64,000 nucleotides of DNA from Flavobacterium sp. (GCF_046293665.1 NZ_JBKBOL010000007.1:83950-147949), one strand, 5' to 3'. Positions 17,128 through 25,865 are shown, numbered from the stretch's first letter. Made by a program: numbers and translations. The notes: generated by a model not told the origin, from the sequence alone.

Positions 17128-20100
17128 ATGAAAAAAACTACTTTACTAGCAAAACAGGGAAACTCTGTTTTTTTTAAAAGCTGGTACTCGGTCTTTTTGT
17201 TGTTGCTGCTTTTTGTTTGTAGCAATACTGTATCGGCTCAGATAACCAATTATTCTTTTACGCAAACGGCAGCAACTTATGCGCCCATTTCAGGCGGTAC
17301 TGTGCTTTGGTCCGGTTATGACGGCTTTGATGACCAAACGGCTACTGTTACATTGCCAAATTCGTTTGTATATCAAGGTGTAACTTACACTTCAGTTTTT
17401 GTTAGTGCTAACGGATATGTTTTATTCGGAAGTACAACCACAACGAATACCCCAATTTCGGCTGGTCGTAATGCTGTAGCAGCTTTTGCAGCAGACTTAG
17501 ATGCTAAAGCTGCAAGTGCAGGTACAGGGGTTCCTGAAGTAAGATGGGAACAAGTGAATAATGAATTTGTGCTACAATGGGCAAATGTATGTAGGTATGC
17601 TGCTACAGGTGCTGGAGCTACATCAGCAGAAAACTTGAATTTTCAAATTCGTTTAAATACTTCAACCGGTGCAATTAAAATTGTTTATGGAGCTTGTGTT
17701 GATAGACTTGTTCCATTGACTAGCGTATACCCTCAAGTAGGTTTAGGTGGTGGTTCTACAACTGTTTACAGCAATAGAACTATTCTTGCCGGTGGTGGCG
17801 ATTGGATAAATTCTACAGCAGGTACTGCTAACAATAATACAATGGCGTTCAATGGTACTACTGTACCAAGTGACGGTTTGACTTACACATGGACACCACC
17901 AACTTGTATTGCGCCTTCAGGACTAACATCAGGTAATATAACACTGAACAGCGCTACTATTTCTTGGACAGCCTCAGTTTCAGTTCCAGCAAATGGATAT
18001 GAATATGAAGTAAGAACCTCAGGGACTGCCGGAAGTGGTGCTACCGGATTATTTACCAGTGGAACTACAAACGGACTAACTTTACCATTGTCGGGATTGA
18101 GTGCAAATACCGCTTACACCTATTATGTAAGAGCAGATTGTGGTTCTGGTGATTACAGTACTTGGGCTTCAGCAAGTTTGTATACAGGACATTGTATTCC
18201 GTCATCAACTTCGGGTGCAACTTACATCAATAACTTCTCAACTACAGGAGGTTCAACTAATATTTCAAATTTAGCTTCAGGTTATACGGCAACTGGATAC
18301 CAAAATAATTATGATACTGCAACAGTTAGTCAATATCCAACTGGGACAATCAATTTTGCTTCTGATATTGTAGGTGGTACTGTTGGAACTTCTATTTGGG
18401 TTGACTGGAACAATGATTTAATATTTGATAATGCTACAGAAAGAGTTTTTGTTACTACAGCTTTTGGTGGTAACCAAACAGGAAGTTTTGTAGTGCCAAA
18501 TGGGACTGCTTTAGGTGATTACAGGATGAGAATTAGAATTGACTTCAATGCTATTGCTCCTGATGCATGTGCTAGTACCAATTTAAGAACAGAGGCAGAA
18601 GACTACAAGCTTACAGTTGTTGCACAGCCTGCCTGTTTAGCGCCTTCAGGTTTATCGGTTAATGCTGTTACAGCTTTTACGGCCACACTTAATTGGACAG
18701 CATCAGTTTCCACTCCAAGTGATGGTTATGATTATTATTATTCGACTTCTAATACTGCTCCAACTTCTGGAACAGCTCCTACAGGAAGTGTTGGTGAAGG
18801 AATTATTACGGCTCCTATTTCTGGTTTAACACCAAGTACTGATTACTTTGTTTGGGTAAGAAGTAACTGTGGTTCTAACGGAACAAGTGATTGGACTTTA
18901 TCTCCGGTTACATTTAAAACTTTATGTGATCCACCGGTAATTACCGGAACTGCTTCTGGTTCAGTATGTGGTCAAGGAACTGTAAATTTATCAGCAACTT
19001 CCAATGAAGGAACTATCACATGGTATGCAAATCAAACAGGAGGAACTGCATTAGCTACCGGAGAAAATTTTACAACGCCAAGTATTAATGCTACAACTTC
19101 TTACTGGGTACAAGCAGCTACTGGAACAACACAATCTTCAGGTAAGCCTGCTCCACCAACAACAGCAACAGGGACGTCTATTGTTAACTGGGGAATTGTT
19201 TTCAATGCTACCGAAAGCGTTAATTTACAAAGCGTGTCATTATATTCAACTACTGCAGGTACGGTTAATATTAAAGTAACTAATGCAGCTTTAACGGAGT
19301 TGTATTCTACAGGTGATATCGCTATCGCTGCTGGTGGAACTACCACCCCTAATATTGTTCCTCTAAACTTTACAGTTCCTGCCGGAACGGGTTATAGAAT
19401 TTTAGTTAAAGCTTACACAGGAGTTACCCTTATTCGTGATTCATCTACCTTGGCTTTCCCTTACATTGGAACCGATGGTATTGTTAGCGTTACTTCTTCT
19501 GAATGGGGCGGAACTACAACAGGTACTTATTATTATTTTTATGATTTAAAATACAATACTGGATGTACTTCTGCCAGAACAGAGGTTGTGGCTACGGTTG
19601 CAACTCCTCCGGCTATAACATTAAGTACTAACAGTACTGCAGCAGTTTGTTCAGGTGAATCAACAAGTCCTGTTACTATTACTACAGGCGGTGATGATTA
19701 TGATACTTATGTTTGGTCTCCGACTACAGCTGTATCAGGTGACGCTTCCAACGGTTGGGTATTTAATCCAACAGCAACGGCAAGTTATACTTTAACCGCT
19801 ACACAATCTACAGGAGCATTGTGTTTAAACACAGCGAATGTAACAGTGAATGTTAATCAAAATCCGGTTGTAACGGCTTCAGCTTCTAATCCAACTATTT
19901 GTGAAGGAAGTTCAACCATGTTGACAGCATTGACCAATACATCCGTGCCGGGTTCTTTAGCGGTTGGAACTGCTACAACATTAACAGGTGCTACGACACA
20001 GCCAACTGCATTTTGTAATCGTTGGGCTCAATATTGGAACCAAACTGTTTTCACAGCCGCTGAACTTCAAGCATTAGGTTTGAGAGCCGGTAACATCAAT

Positions 20101-21174
20101 TCGATAGCTTATGAAATTACAACATTAGGATCTGGAACTAATGTGACTAATTTCTCTGTTAGAATAGGAACTACTACCAATTCAACCATGACCACATTTG
20201 TTACAACAGGTTTAACAACAGTTTATGGTCCGGCAACTTATGCTCACGCTGTGGGAGTAAATACAATAACTTTTGATACACCTTATGTTTGGGACGGTGT
20301 TTCTAATATTATTGTCGATATTAGACAAAACGGTGCTGATAGTACAAATAATGCGATTACTTATTATACAGCTACAACAAGCAACATGACCGTTTCAGCT
20401 ATTACCAGTACAACTTTTGCAACAAATCCAATTCAAAACTTAGTGGCAGCAAGTACTGTAACTCCAGCGCTATCATTACAACGTTTGAATGTTGTTTTCG
20501 GTGGACAAGTAGCGGCCACTGGTGCAGGTGATTTGGCATGGACATGGAATCCGGGTGCTTTAACCGGCAATTCAGTAACTGTTACGCCAACTACAGATAC
20601 AACTTATACTGTAAGAGGAACAAATACTACTACAGGCTGTTACACTGAAAACACCGTTGCTGTTGTTGTAAATGCAGCACCGGCTCCAACAGGAAATGCT
20701 GTGCAAACCATAGAAGTTGTTGATGCAGCTGACGCTACGGTTGCAGATTTAGTAGTAGTTGGAAATGATATTGCTTGGTACGCTTCTGAAGAAGACGCTA
20801 TTGACGATGTAAACCCATTAGCATTGACTACTCAATTGATTAGTGGCGCTACTTACTATGCTGTAAATACTTCAGTTGAAGGTTGTAGAAGTGTTGCTTT
20901 TGCAGTAACAGTAACCGTAACTTTAGGAAACACTTCATTCGATTTGGCTGGATTAAAACTATATCCAAATCCAACAAGTAATGAATTGAACGTTGAGTAC
21001 ACAACGGCCATTACTTCTATTGAAGTATACAACTTGGTGGGTCAAAGAATCGCTGCTAAAAATGTAAATGCCATCAGCACTACTGTTGACATGTCGCATT
21101 TAGCCAACGGCACTTACTTTGTAAAAGTTCAAGCCGAAAACGCTTCAAGAACCATCAAAGTAATGAAAAACTAA
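17128..21174 (+). CDS. Giant secreted protein with FN3-GEVED-FN3 modules, Ig-like repeats and a T9SS type A C-terminal sorting domain
   Basis: 1348 aa with a signal peptide. It has FN3-like segments ('CIAPSGL...ISWTAS', 'CLAPSGL...LNWTAS') and the GEVED-like 'TEAEDYKLTV'. The C-terminus 'LKLYPNPTSNELNV...IEVYNLVGQ...NGTYFVKV...IKVMKN' is a Por secretion tail. Confidence 0.85.
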   Translation: MKKTTLLAKQGNSVFFKSWYSVFLLLLLFVCSNTVSAQITNYSFTQTAATYAPISGGTVLWSGYDGFDDQTATVTLPNSFVYQGVTYTSVFVSANGYVLFGSTTTTNTPISAGRNAVAAFAADLDAKAASAGTGVPEVRWEQVNNEFVLQWANVCRYAATGAGATSAENLNFQIRLNTSTGAIKIVYGACVDRLVPLTSVYPQVGLGGGSTTVYSNRTILAGGGDWINSTAGTANNNTMAFNGTTVPSDGLTYTWTPPTCIAPSGLTSGNITLNSATISWTASVSVPANGYEYEVRTSGTAGSGATGLFTSGTTNGLTLPLSGLSANTAYTYYVRADCGSGDYSTWASASLYTGHCIPSSTSGATYINNFSTTGGSTNISNLASGYTATGYQNNYDTATVSQYPTGTINFASDIVGGTVGTSIWVDWNNDLIFDNATERVFVTTAFGGNQTGSFVVPNGTALGDYRMRIRIDFNAIAPDACASTNLRTEAEDYKLTVVAQPACLAPSGLSVNAVTAFTATLNWTASVSTPSDGYDYYYSTSNTAPTSGTAPTGSVGEGIITAPISGLTPSTDYFVWVRSNCGSNGTSDWTLSPVTFKTLCDPPVITGTASGSVCGQGTVNLSATSNEGTITWYANQTGGTALATGENFTTPSINATTSYWVQAATGTTQSSGKPAPPTTATGTSIVNWGIVFNATESVNLQSVSLYSTTAGTVNIKVTNAALTELYSTGDIAIAAGGTTTPNIVPLNFTVPAGTGYRILVKAYTGVTLIRDSSTLAFPYIGTDGIVSVTSSEWGGTTTGTYYYFYDLKYNTGCTSARTEVVATVATPPAITLSTNSTAAVCSGESTSPVTITTGGDDYDTYVWSPTTAVSGDASNGWVFNPTATASYTLTATQSTGALCLNTANVTVNVNQNPVVTASASNPTICEGSSTMLTALTNTSVPGSLAVGTATTLTGATTQPTAFCNRWAQYWNQTVFTAAELQALGLRAGNINSIAYEITTLGSGTNVTNFSVRIGTTTNSTMTTFVTTGLTTVYGPATYAHAVGVNTITFDTPYVWDGVSNIIVDIRQNGADSTNNAITYYTATTSNMTVSAITSTTFATNPIQNLVAASTVTPALSLQRLNVVFGGQVAATGAGDLAWTWNPGALTGNSVTVTPTTDTTYTVRGTNTTTGCYTENTVAVVVNAAPAPTGNAVQTIEVVDAADATVADLVVVGNDIAWYASEEDAIDDVNPLALTTQLISGATYYAVNTSVEGCRSVAFAVTVTVTLGNTSFDLAGLKLYPNPTSNELNVEYTTAITSIEVYNLVGQRIAAKNVNAISTTVDMSHLANGTYFVKVQAENASRTIKVMKN

Positions 21175-21196
21175 ACCTAGTTTATCACTATAGAGA

Positions 21197-21221
21197 AAGC
21201 CACCGAAAGGTGGCTTTTTTG
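21197..21221 (+). terminator. Intrinsic terminator of the 1348-aa gene
   Basis: agccacc-gaaa-ggtggct hairpin followed by TTTTTT. Confidence 0.8.
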
Positions 21222-21236
21222 TTTTAAATAAGATTA

Positions 21237-21310
21237 GGGCGTTCCCTTCGGGCCGCGCTTTCCGCAGTACACGGTACTTGCTCCAATCGCTAACGCGAAC
21301 CACTGTGCAT
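21237..21310. other. Isolated GC-rich intergenic element
   Basis: 'gggcgttcccttcgggccgcgctttccgcagtacacggtacttgctccaatcgctaacgcgaaccactgtgcat' is visibly far more GC-rich than the flanks. It contains the mini-hairpins cccTTCggg and gtacACGgtac. Confidence 0.5.
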
Positions 21311-21340
21311 AAAAAAAAACCGAAGCCTAAACTCCGGTTT
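21311..21340 (-). terminator. Intrinsic terminator of the M3 peptidase gene
   Basis: On the minus strand, ACCGGAG-uuuagg-CUUCGGU (7 bp including one G-U) is followed by U9. Confidence 0.7.
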
Positions 21341-21346
21341 CTAAAA

Positions 21347-21377
21347 ATCTAATGATCTAACAATCTAAGCAGTCTAA
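21347..21377. repeat. (a/g)tctaa x4 at 8-9-nt period
   Basis: atctaatg atctaaca atctaagca gtctaa. The last unit overlaps the stop codon of the peptidase gene. Confidence 0.7.
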
Positions 21378-23398
21378 ATCAATCCCGCGCGTTTCAACAA
21401 AGCTTCCGGTTTCGGTTCTTGTCCGCGGAAACGTTTGTATAATTCCATCGGTAATTCGGTACCGCCTTTGGAAAGGACGTTGTCTTTGAATTTCGTCGCA
21501 ACTTCTTTATTGAAAATGCCTTTTTCTTGGAAATACGCAAAAGCATCGGCATCCAAAACTTCCGCCCATTTATAACTGTAATAACCCGAAGAGTAACCAC
21601 CTTGGAAAATGTGCGAGAACGAAACACTCATACAATTTTCAGCAACATCAGGATACAATGCGGTGTGGTCCATGGCGGCTTTTTCAAAGGTTTTTACGTT
21701 GTCAATGGTTTGCGGTTTCGCATGATAAGCCATGTCTAATAAGCCGAAACTCAATTGGCGTAATGTCGCCATTCCTTCTAAGAAACTCGCGCTTTCTTTT
21801 ATTTTATCTACATATTGTTGAGGAATGATTTCTCCCGTTTCATAATGTTTGGCAAACAACGCCAAAGCTTCCGGTTCGTAGCACCAGTTTTCCATTACTT
21901 GACTCGGCAATTCCACAAAATCCCAATAAACAGAAGTTCCGGATAAACTCGGATAAGTCGTATTGGCCAACATGCCGTGTAAAGCGTGTCCGAATTCATG
22001 GAATAATGTCGTTACCTCGTTAAAGGTGAGAAGTGAAGGTTTGGTTTCGGTTGGTGGTGTAAAATTGCACACGATAGAAACATGCGGTCTTTCATTAACG
22101 CCGTTCTTTATATATTGCGGTTTAAACGATGTCATCCAAGCGCCGTTGCGTTTGCCTTTTCTCGGGAAAAAGTCGGAGTAGAAGATGGCAACCAATTTTC
22201 CTTCAAAGTCTAATACTTCAAAAGTTTGTACATCGGCGTGGTATTTATCGATGTCGAAAACTTCTTTAAACGTGATTCCGAATAATTTTTCAGCCACGGT
22301 AAACGCACCGTTTAATACGTTTTCCAATTGGAAATAAGGCTTTAAAATCTCGTCGTCCAAACTGAATAATTTTTGCTTCAATTTTTCCGAATAATAAGCG
22401 CCGTCCCATTTTTCCAGACTTTCTAATCCGTCGAGTTCTTTGGCGAAAGCCGTTAGTTCGGCAAATTCTTTTTGGGCAGCCGGTTTGGCTTTTTCCAATA
22501 AGTCATTCAAAAACGATTGTACTTTTTCGGGGTTTTGCGCCATTCGTTCTTCCAAGACAAAGTGCGAATGCGAGTTATAACCCAACAATTGTGCTCTTTC
22601 GTGACGCAAAGCCACTATCTTTTTGACATTTTCTTGGTTGTCGTATTCATTGTTTTGAAACGATTTTTTTCCGGCAGCGATTGCCATTTCTTTTCGCAAT
22701 TCTCTATTGTCAAGATAAGTTACAAAAGGCAAATAACTTGGAAAATCTAAAGTAAAAATCCAGCCTTCTAAATCTTTTGATTTGGCTAACGAACGCGCCA
22801 TTTCTTTAGCACCATCACGTAAACCTTGTAGATCGGCTTCGTTGGTGATGTGCAATTGGTAATTGTTGGTTTCTGCCAAGACATTTTCACCGAAAGTCAA
22901 TTTAAATTTGGCCAAATCAGCGTCAATTTCGCGTAAGCGGTTTTTTTTATCTTCTGAAAGTAGCGCTCCGTTTCGGGCAAAACTTTTGTATTTTTTGTCT
23001 AATAAAGTCGCTTGTTCAGGCGTTAAAGACAAATTATCTTTTTGATCGTGAATGGCTTTGACTCGTTTGAATAAATCTTCATTCAGCGCAATATCATTGC
23101 CAAAAGCAGTTAATAGCGGAGAAACATCTTGGGCGATTTTTTGCATTTCGTCACAAGTCTCGGCCGAGTTTAGGTTGAAGAAAATCGACGACAATCTGTC
23201 CAATTCCTGACCCGAAAAATCCAAAGCTTCAATGGTGTTTTCAAAAGTCGGCGCTTCCGAGTTGTTGATGATGGCATCGATTTCGGCTCTGGCTTTGGCA
23301 ATATTTTCTTCAAACGCTGGTTGGTAATCCTCCATTTTGATTTGAGAGAATGGCGCAGTATTGTGTTTGGTTTGGAAATTTTGAGTGAGTATTTTCAT
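21374..23398 (-). CDS. dcp: M3-family metallopeptidase (peptidyl-dipeptidase Dcp-like)
   Basis: 674 aa with the zinc motif 'LFHEFGHALHGML'. Length and architecture fit Dcp/oligopeptidase A. Confidence 0.85.
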   Translation of the reverse strand: MKILTQNFQTKHNTAPFSQIKMEDYQPAFEENIAKARAEIDAIINNSEAPTFENTIEALDFSGQELDRLSSIFFNLNSAETCDEMQKIAQDVSPLLTAFGNDIALNEDLFKRVKAIHDQKDNLSLTPEQATLLDKKYKSFARNGALLSEDKKNRLREIDADLAKFKLTFGENVLAETNNYQLHITNEADLQGLRDGAKEMARSLAKSKDLEGWIFTLDFPSYLPFVTYLDNRELRKEMAIAAGKKSFQNNEYDNQENVKKIVALRHERAQLLGYNSHSHFVLEERMAQNPEKVQSFLNDLLEKAKPAAQKEFAELTAFAKELDGLESLEKWDGAYYSEKLKQKLFSLDDEILKPYFQLENVLNGAFTVAEKLFGITFKEVFDIDKYHADVQTFEVLDFEGKLVAIFYSDFFPRKGKRNGAWMTSFKPQYIKNGVNERPHVSIVCNFTPPTETKPSLLTFNEVTTLFHEFGHALHGMLANTTYPSLSGTSVYWDFVELPSQVMENWCYEPEALALFAKHYETGEIIPQQYVDKIKESASFLEGMATLRQLSFGLLDMAYHAKPQTIDNVKTFEKAAMDHTALYPDVAENCMSVSFSHIFQGGYSSGYYSYKWAEVLDADAFAYFQEKGIFNKEVATKFKDNVLSKGGTELPMELYKRFRGQEPKPEALLKRAGLI

Positions 23399-23406
23399 TT
23401 TTTTGT

Positions 23407-23490
23407 TTCACAGAGTTTCACAGAGCATCTCAGAGATTCACAGAGTAATTCTTTGTGTAGCTCTGTTTTTTCTCTGTGTATCTCTGTGTA
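23407..23490. repeat. Composite palindrome: 4x (CACAGAG/CTCAGAG) then 4x (CTCTGTG-like), each at a 10-11-bp period
   Basis: Left units start at 23409, 23419, 23429 and 23439. Right units start at 23451, 23461, 23472 and 23482. The element lies between the dcp start and the purE stop. Confidence 0.85.
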
Positions 23491-23496
23491 ATAATT

Positions 23497-23982
23497 TTAT
23501 TTTTTCAGTTCATCCGATGATTTGTTCACCGCTTCTTTCAAGCTTTCTTTGTAGAAAATAATTTTATCGAGTACGCATTTGTCGTGACTTCCGATTATTT
23601 GTGCGGCTAAGATACCCGCGTTTTTGGCACCGTTTAAAGCCACAGTCGCCACCGGAACGCCGCCGGGCATTTGCAAAATAGACAAAACCGAATCCCAGCC
23701 GTCGATAGAATTACTCGATTTTACGGGAACGCCAATCACCGGCAAAGGCGACATGGAAGCAACCATACCCGGCAAATGCGCAGCGCCACCGGCACCGGCA
23801 ATAATCACCGAAATCCCGCGATGGTGTGCGTTTTTGCTAAACTCGAATAATTTTTCAGGCGTTCGATGGGCCGATACGATATCGACTTCTGTTTCGATGT
23901 CAAATCCTTGAAGGATGTCGATGGCTTCTTGCATTACGGGTAAATCTGATTTTGAACCCATGATGATGGCTACTTTGCTCAT
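23497..23982 (-). CDS. purE: N5-carboxyaminoimidazole ribonucleotide mutase
   Basis: 161 aa with 'VAIIMGSKSDLPVM', 'SAHRTP' and 'AGGAAHLPGMVA'. Confidence 0.95.
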   Translation of the reverse strand: MSKVAIIMGSKSDLPVMQEAIDILQGFDIETEVDIVSAHRTPEKLFEFSKNAHHRGISVIIAGAGGAAHLPGMVASMSPLPVIGVPVKSSNSIDGWDSVLSILQMPGGVPVATVALNGAKNAGILAAQIIGSHDKCVLDKIIFYKESLKEAVNKSSDELKK

Positions 23983-23992
23983 TTTATTTTTG

Positions 23993-24020
23993 TTTCAAGT
24001 TTCAAGTTTCAAGTTTCAAG
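23993..24020. repeat. (tttcaag)x4 perfect heptamer array in the purK|purE spacer
   Basis: On the coding (minus) strand this reads (cttgaaa)x4 and ends 10 nt before the purE ATG. Confidence 0.9.
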
Positions 24021-24033
24021 TTGTTTTTAGTGT

Positions 24034-25191
24034 CTATTGAACACTGATCACTCTGATACTATTTTTTACTTCTTCCGCAATCTTTCTCGCTTCAGTCATA
24101 TCTTCATTGACAATGGTAACATGTCCCATTTTTCGGAACGGACGGGTTTCACGTTTGCCGTAAATGTGTGGCGTTACGCCTTCAATGGCCATAATCTTTT
24201 CGATATTTTCGTAAACGACTTGTCCTGAAAAACCTTCTTCGCCCACCAAATTTACCATAATTCCGGCTACTTTGCTAGCGGTGTTGCCCAAAGGTAAATT
24301 TAAAATAGCGCGCAAATGGTTTTCAAACTGCGAAGTGTAACTCGCTTCGATGCTGTAATGACCCGAATTGTGTGGTCTTGGCGCGACTTCATTGACCAAT
24401 ATTTCATCGTCAGCAGTTTGGAACATTTCTACTGCAAGCAATCCAACGTGGTTAAATGCTTCTGAAACTTGTAGTGCAATTTCGGTGGCTTTTTGCGCTA
24501 CTTTTTCATCAATTCGTGCCGGACAGATTACATATTCTACTTGGTTGGCTTCGGGATGGAATTCCATTTCCACTACAGGATAAGTTTTTACTTCACCTGA
24601 AACCGAACGAGCAACGATAACCGCTAACTCATTTTTAAAAGGAACCATTTGCTCGGCAATACATTCTACATCGGGTAAGTTAATTAAATCAATAGCTGAA
24701 CGCACAATTTTTACTCCGTTGCCATCATAACCAAATTGGGCACATTTCCATACAAATGGAAATGCTAATTCGTCTTTTTCAATGGATTTTTTCAAATCGT
24801 TTAAATCTACAAAACGTTGGTGTGGTGAAGTTGGAATATTGTTAGATACGTAAAAATCTTTCTGCTTTCCTTTGTTTTGGATCATTCGCAACGTTTTTGG
24901 CGAAGGGAAAACCGGTAAACCTTCGGCTTCCAGTTTATCCAAAGCATCGAGATTGACATTCTCAATTTCGATAGTTAGTAAATTAACCAGTTTGCCAAAT
25001 TGGTACACGGTATCAAAATCCATCAAACTGCCTTGGTAAAAAGCGTGTGCACCAAAACGACTTGGTGCTTCTTCGCTGGAGTCGAGTACATAGGTTTGAA
25101 TGTCGAACTTTCGGGTTTCGGCCAAAATCATTTTGCCTAATTGTCCGCCACCGAGGATGCCGAGTTTAAAATCGGAGGAAAAGTAATTCAT
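24034..25191 (-). CDS. purK: N5-carboxyaminoimidazole ribonucleotide synthase
   Basis: ATP-grasp protein starting 'KLGILGGGQLGKM'. The ATG at 25191 is preferred over the TTG at 25215. Confidence 0.9.
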   Translation of the reverse strand: MNYFSSDFKLGILGGGQLGKMILAETRKFDIQTYVLDSSEEAPSRFGAHAFYQGSLMDFDTVYQFGKLVNLLTIEIENVNLDALDKLEAEGLPVFPSPKTLRMIQNKGKQKDFYVSNNIPTSPHQRFVDLNDLKKSIEKDELAFPFVWKCAQFGYDGNGVKIVRSAIDLINLPDVECIAEQMVPFKNELAVIVARSVSGEVKTYPVVEMEFHPEANQVEYVICPARIDEKVAQKATEIALQVSEAFNHVGLLAVEMFQTADDEILVNEVAPRPHNSGHYSIEASYTSQFENHLRAILNLPLGNTASKVAGIMVNLVGEEGFSGQVVYENIEKIMAIEGVTPHIYGKRETRPFRKMGHVTIVNEDMTEARKIAEEVKNSIRVISVQ

Positions 25192-25212
25192 AGTGTTGTT
25201 GTAGTTGTGGCG

Positions 25213-25220
25213 CAAAGATA
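25213..25220 (-). promoter_or_regulatory. Candidate -7 box TATCTTTG for purK-purE
   Basis: Exact TAnnTTTG, 21 nt upstream of the ATG. The same 12-mer, tatctttgcgcc, occurs upstream of rlmB. Confidence 0.45.
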
Positions 25221-25234
25221 AGTAATCCGTAAAA

Positions 25235-25768
25235 CTATCGCAATCGTTTTAAAAGGTCTTTCACTGCGGAGCGATATCCGGGTGTTTGGTTTTCGAATTC
25301 TCGGGATAAAATGAGTTTCAATTCTTCGTTTATCCAGGAATATTTTTTACCCAAATAGTATAAAGCTCTCATGCTGTAAGCAGCATTAGCAGCTTTGTCG
25401 GTTTGAATCAGCCAGTCTAAACAAGCTTCGATAATCTTTTCTTCTTGGGTTTCGGTTAAGGTTATTTTTTTACTTTGCGCCAAAAACAAACAAATTTTCG
25501 ACAAAGAACGGATGGCAGAATCAGAAGTATAGCACTTTAAATTTTGGCAAAAATCTTCCAGATGAGGTTGGATTAGTTCAAGCTTTTCTTCAAAAACCAA
25601 TTCTAAAATCCAACAAGCTTTGTGGTGGTTTTTATCCTTAGTGTTAAAGCTGATTTCGAGTAAATCTTTTAAATATTCAGGGTTTTGAAAGACAAAATTC
25701 TTATTATCGTCTCTGCTTTTTCGATGAGCTGTACTGTTGGCGATGGTTTTATAGTAATCGGGATTCAT
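25235..25768 (-). CDS. Hypothetical all-helical (HEAT/armadillo-like) protein
   Basis: About 177 aa from the internal ATG at 25768. The longer ORF-track N-terminus is encoded by the heptamer repeat and the hpt promoter, so it is unlikely to be real. Confidence 0.55.
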   Translation of the reverse strand: MNPDYYKTIANSTAHRKSRDDNKNFVFQNPEYLKDLLEISFNTKDKNHHKACWILELVFEEKLELIQPHLEDFCQNLKCYTSDSAIRSLSKICLFLAQSKKITLTETQEEKIIEACLDWLIQTDKAANAAYSMRALYYLGKKYSWINEELKLILSREFENQTPGYRSAVKDLLKRLR

Positions 25769-25803
25769 TTCGTAAATATACCAATTTTGCAAAAAAGTTA
25801 AAA

Positions 25804-25831
25804 TACTTGCTACTTGATACTTAATACTTGC
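25804..25831. repeat. (tacttgN)x4 heptamer array abutting the hpt -7 box
   Basis: tacttgc tacttga tacttaa tacttgc. It ends 1 nt before TAAATTTG. Confidence 0.85.
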
Positions 25832-25832
25832 G

Positions 25833-25840
25833 TAAATTTG
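25833..25840 (+). promoter_or_regulatory. Candidate -7 box TAAATTTG for hpt and downstream genes
   Basis: Exact TAnnTTTG, 25 nt upstream of the hpt ATG. Confidence 0.5.
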
Positions 25841-25865
25841 CACCTTATTTAAAATTCAATCCAAA

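Noticed and set aside
19088-19346. Gln-rich 63-aa ORF and an antisense 81-aa ORF inside the 1348-aa gene
   Set aside because: They are frame-shifted readings of Thr/Ala/Gly-rich coding sequence (ACA/GCA/ACT codons), which is a compositional artefact.
25769-25843. N-terminal extension of the 25235 ORF (MQIYASIKYQVASILTFLQNWYIYE)
   Set aside because: It is encoded by the (tacttgN)x4 repeat and by the hpt -7 box read in reverse. An internal ATG at 25768 is preceded by a near-consensus box.
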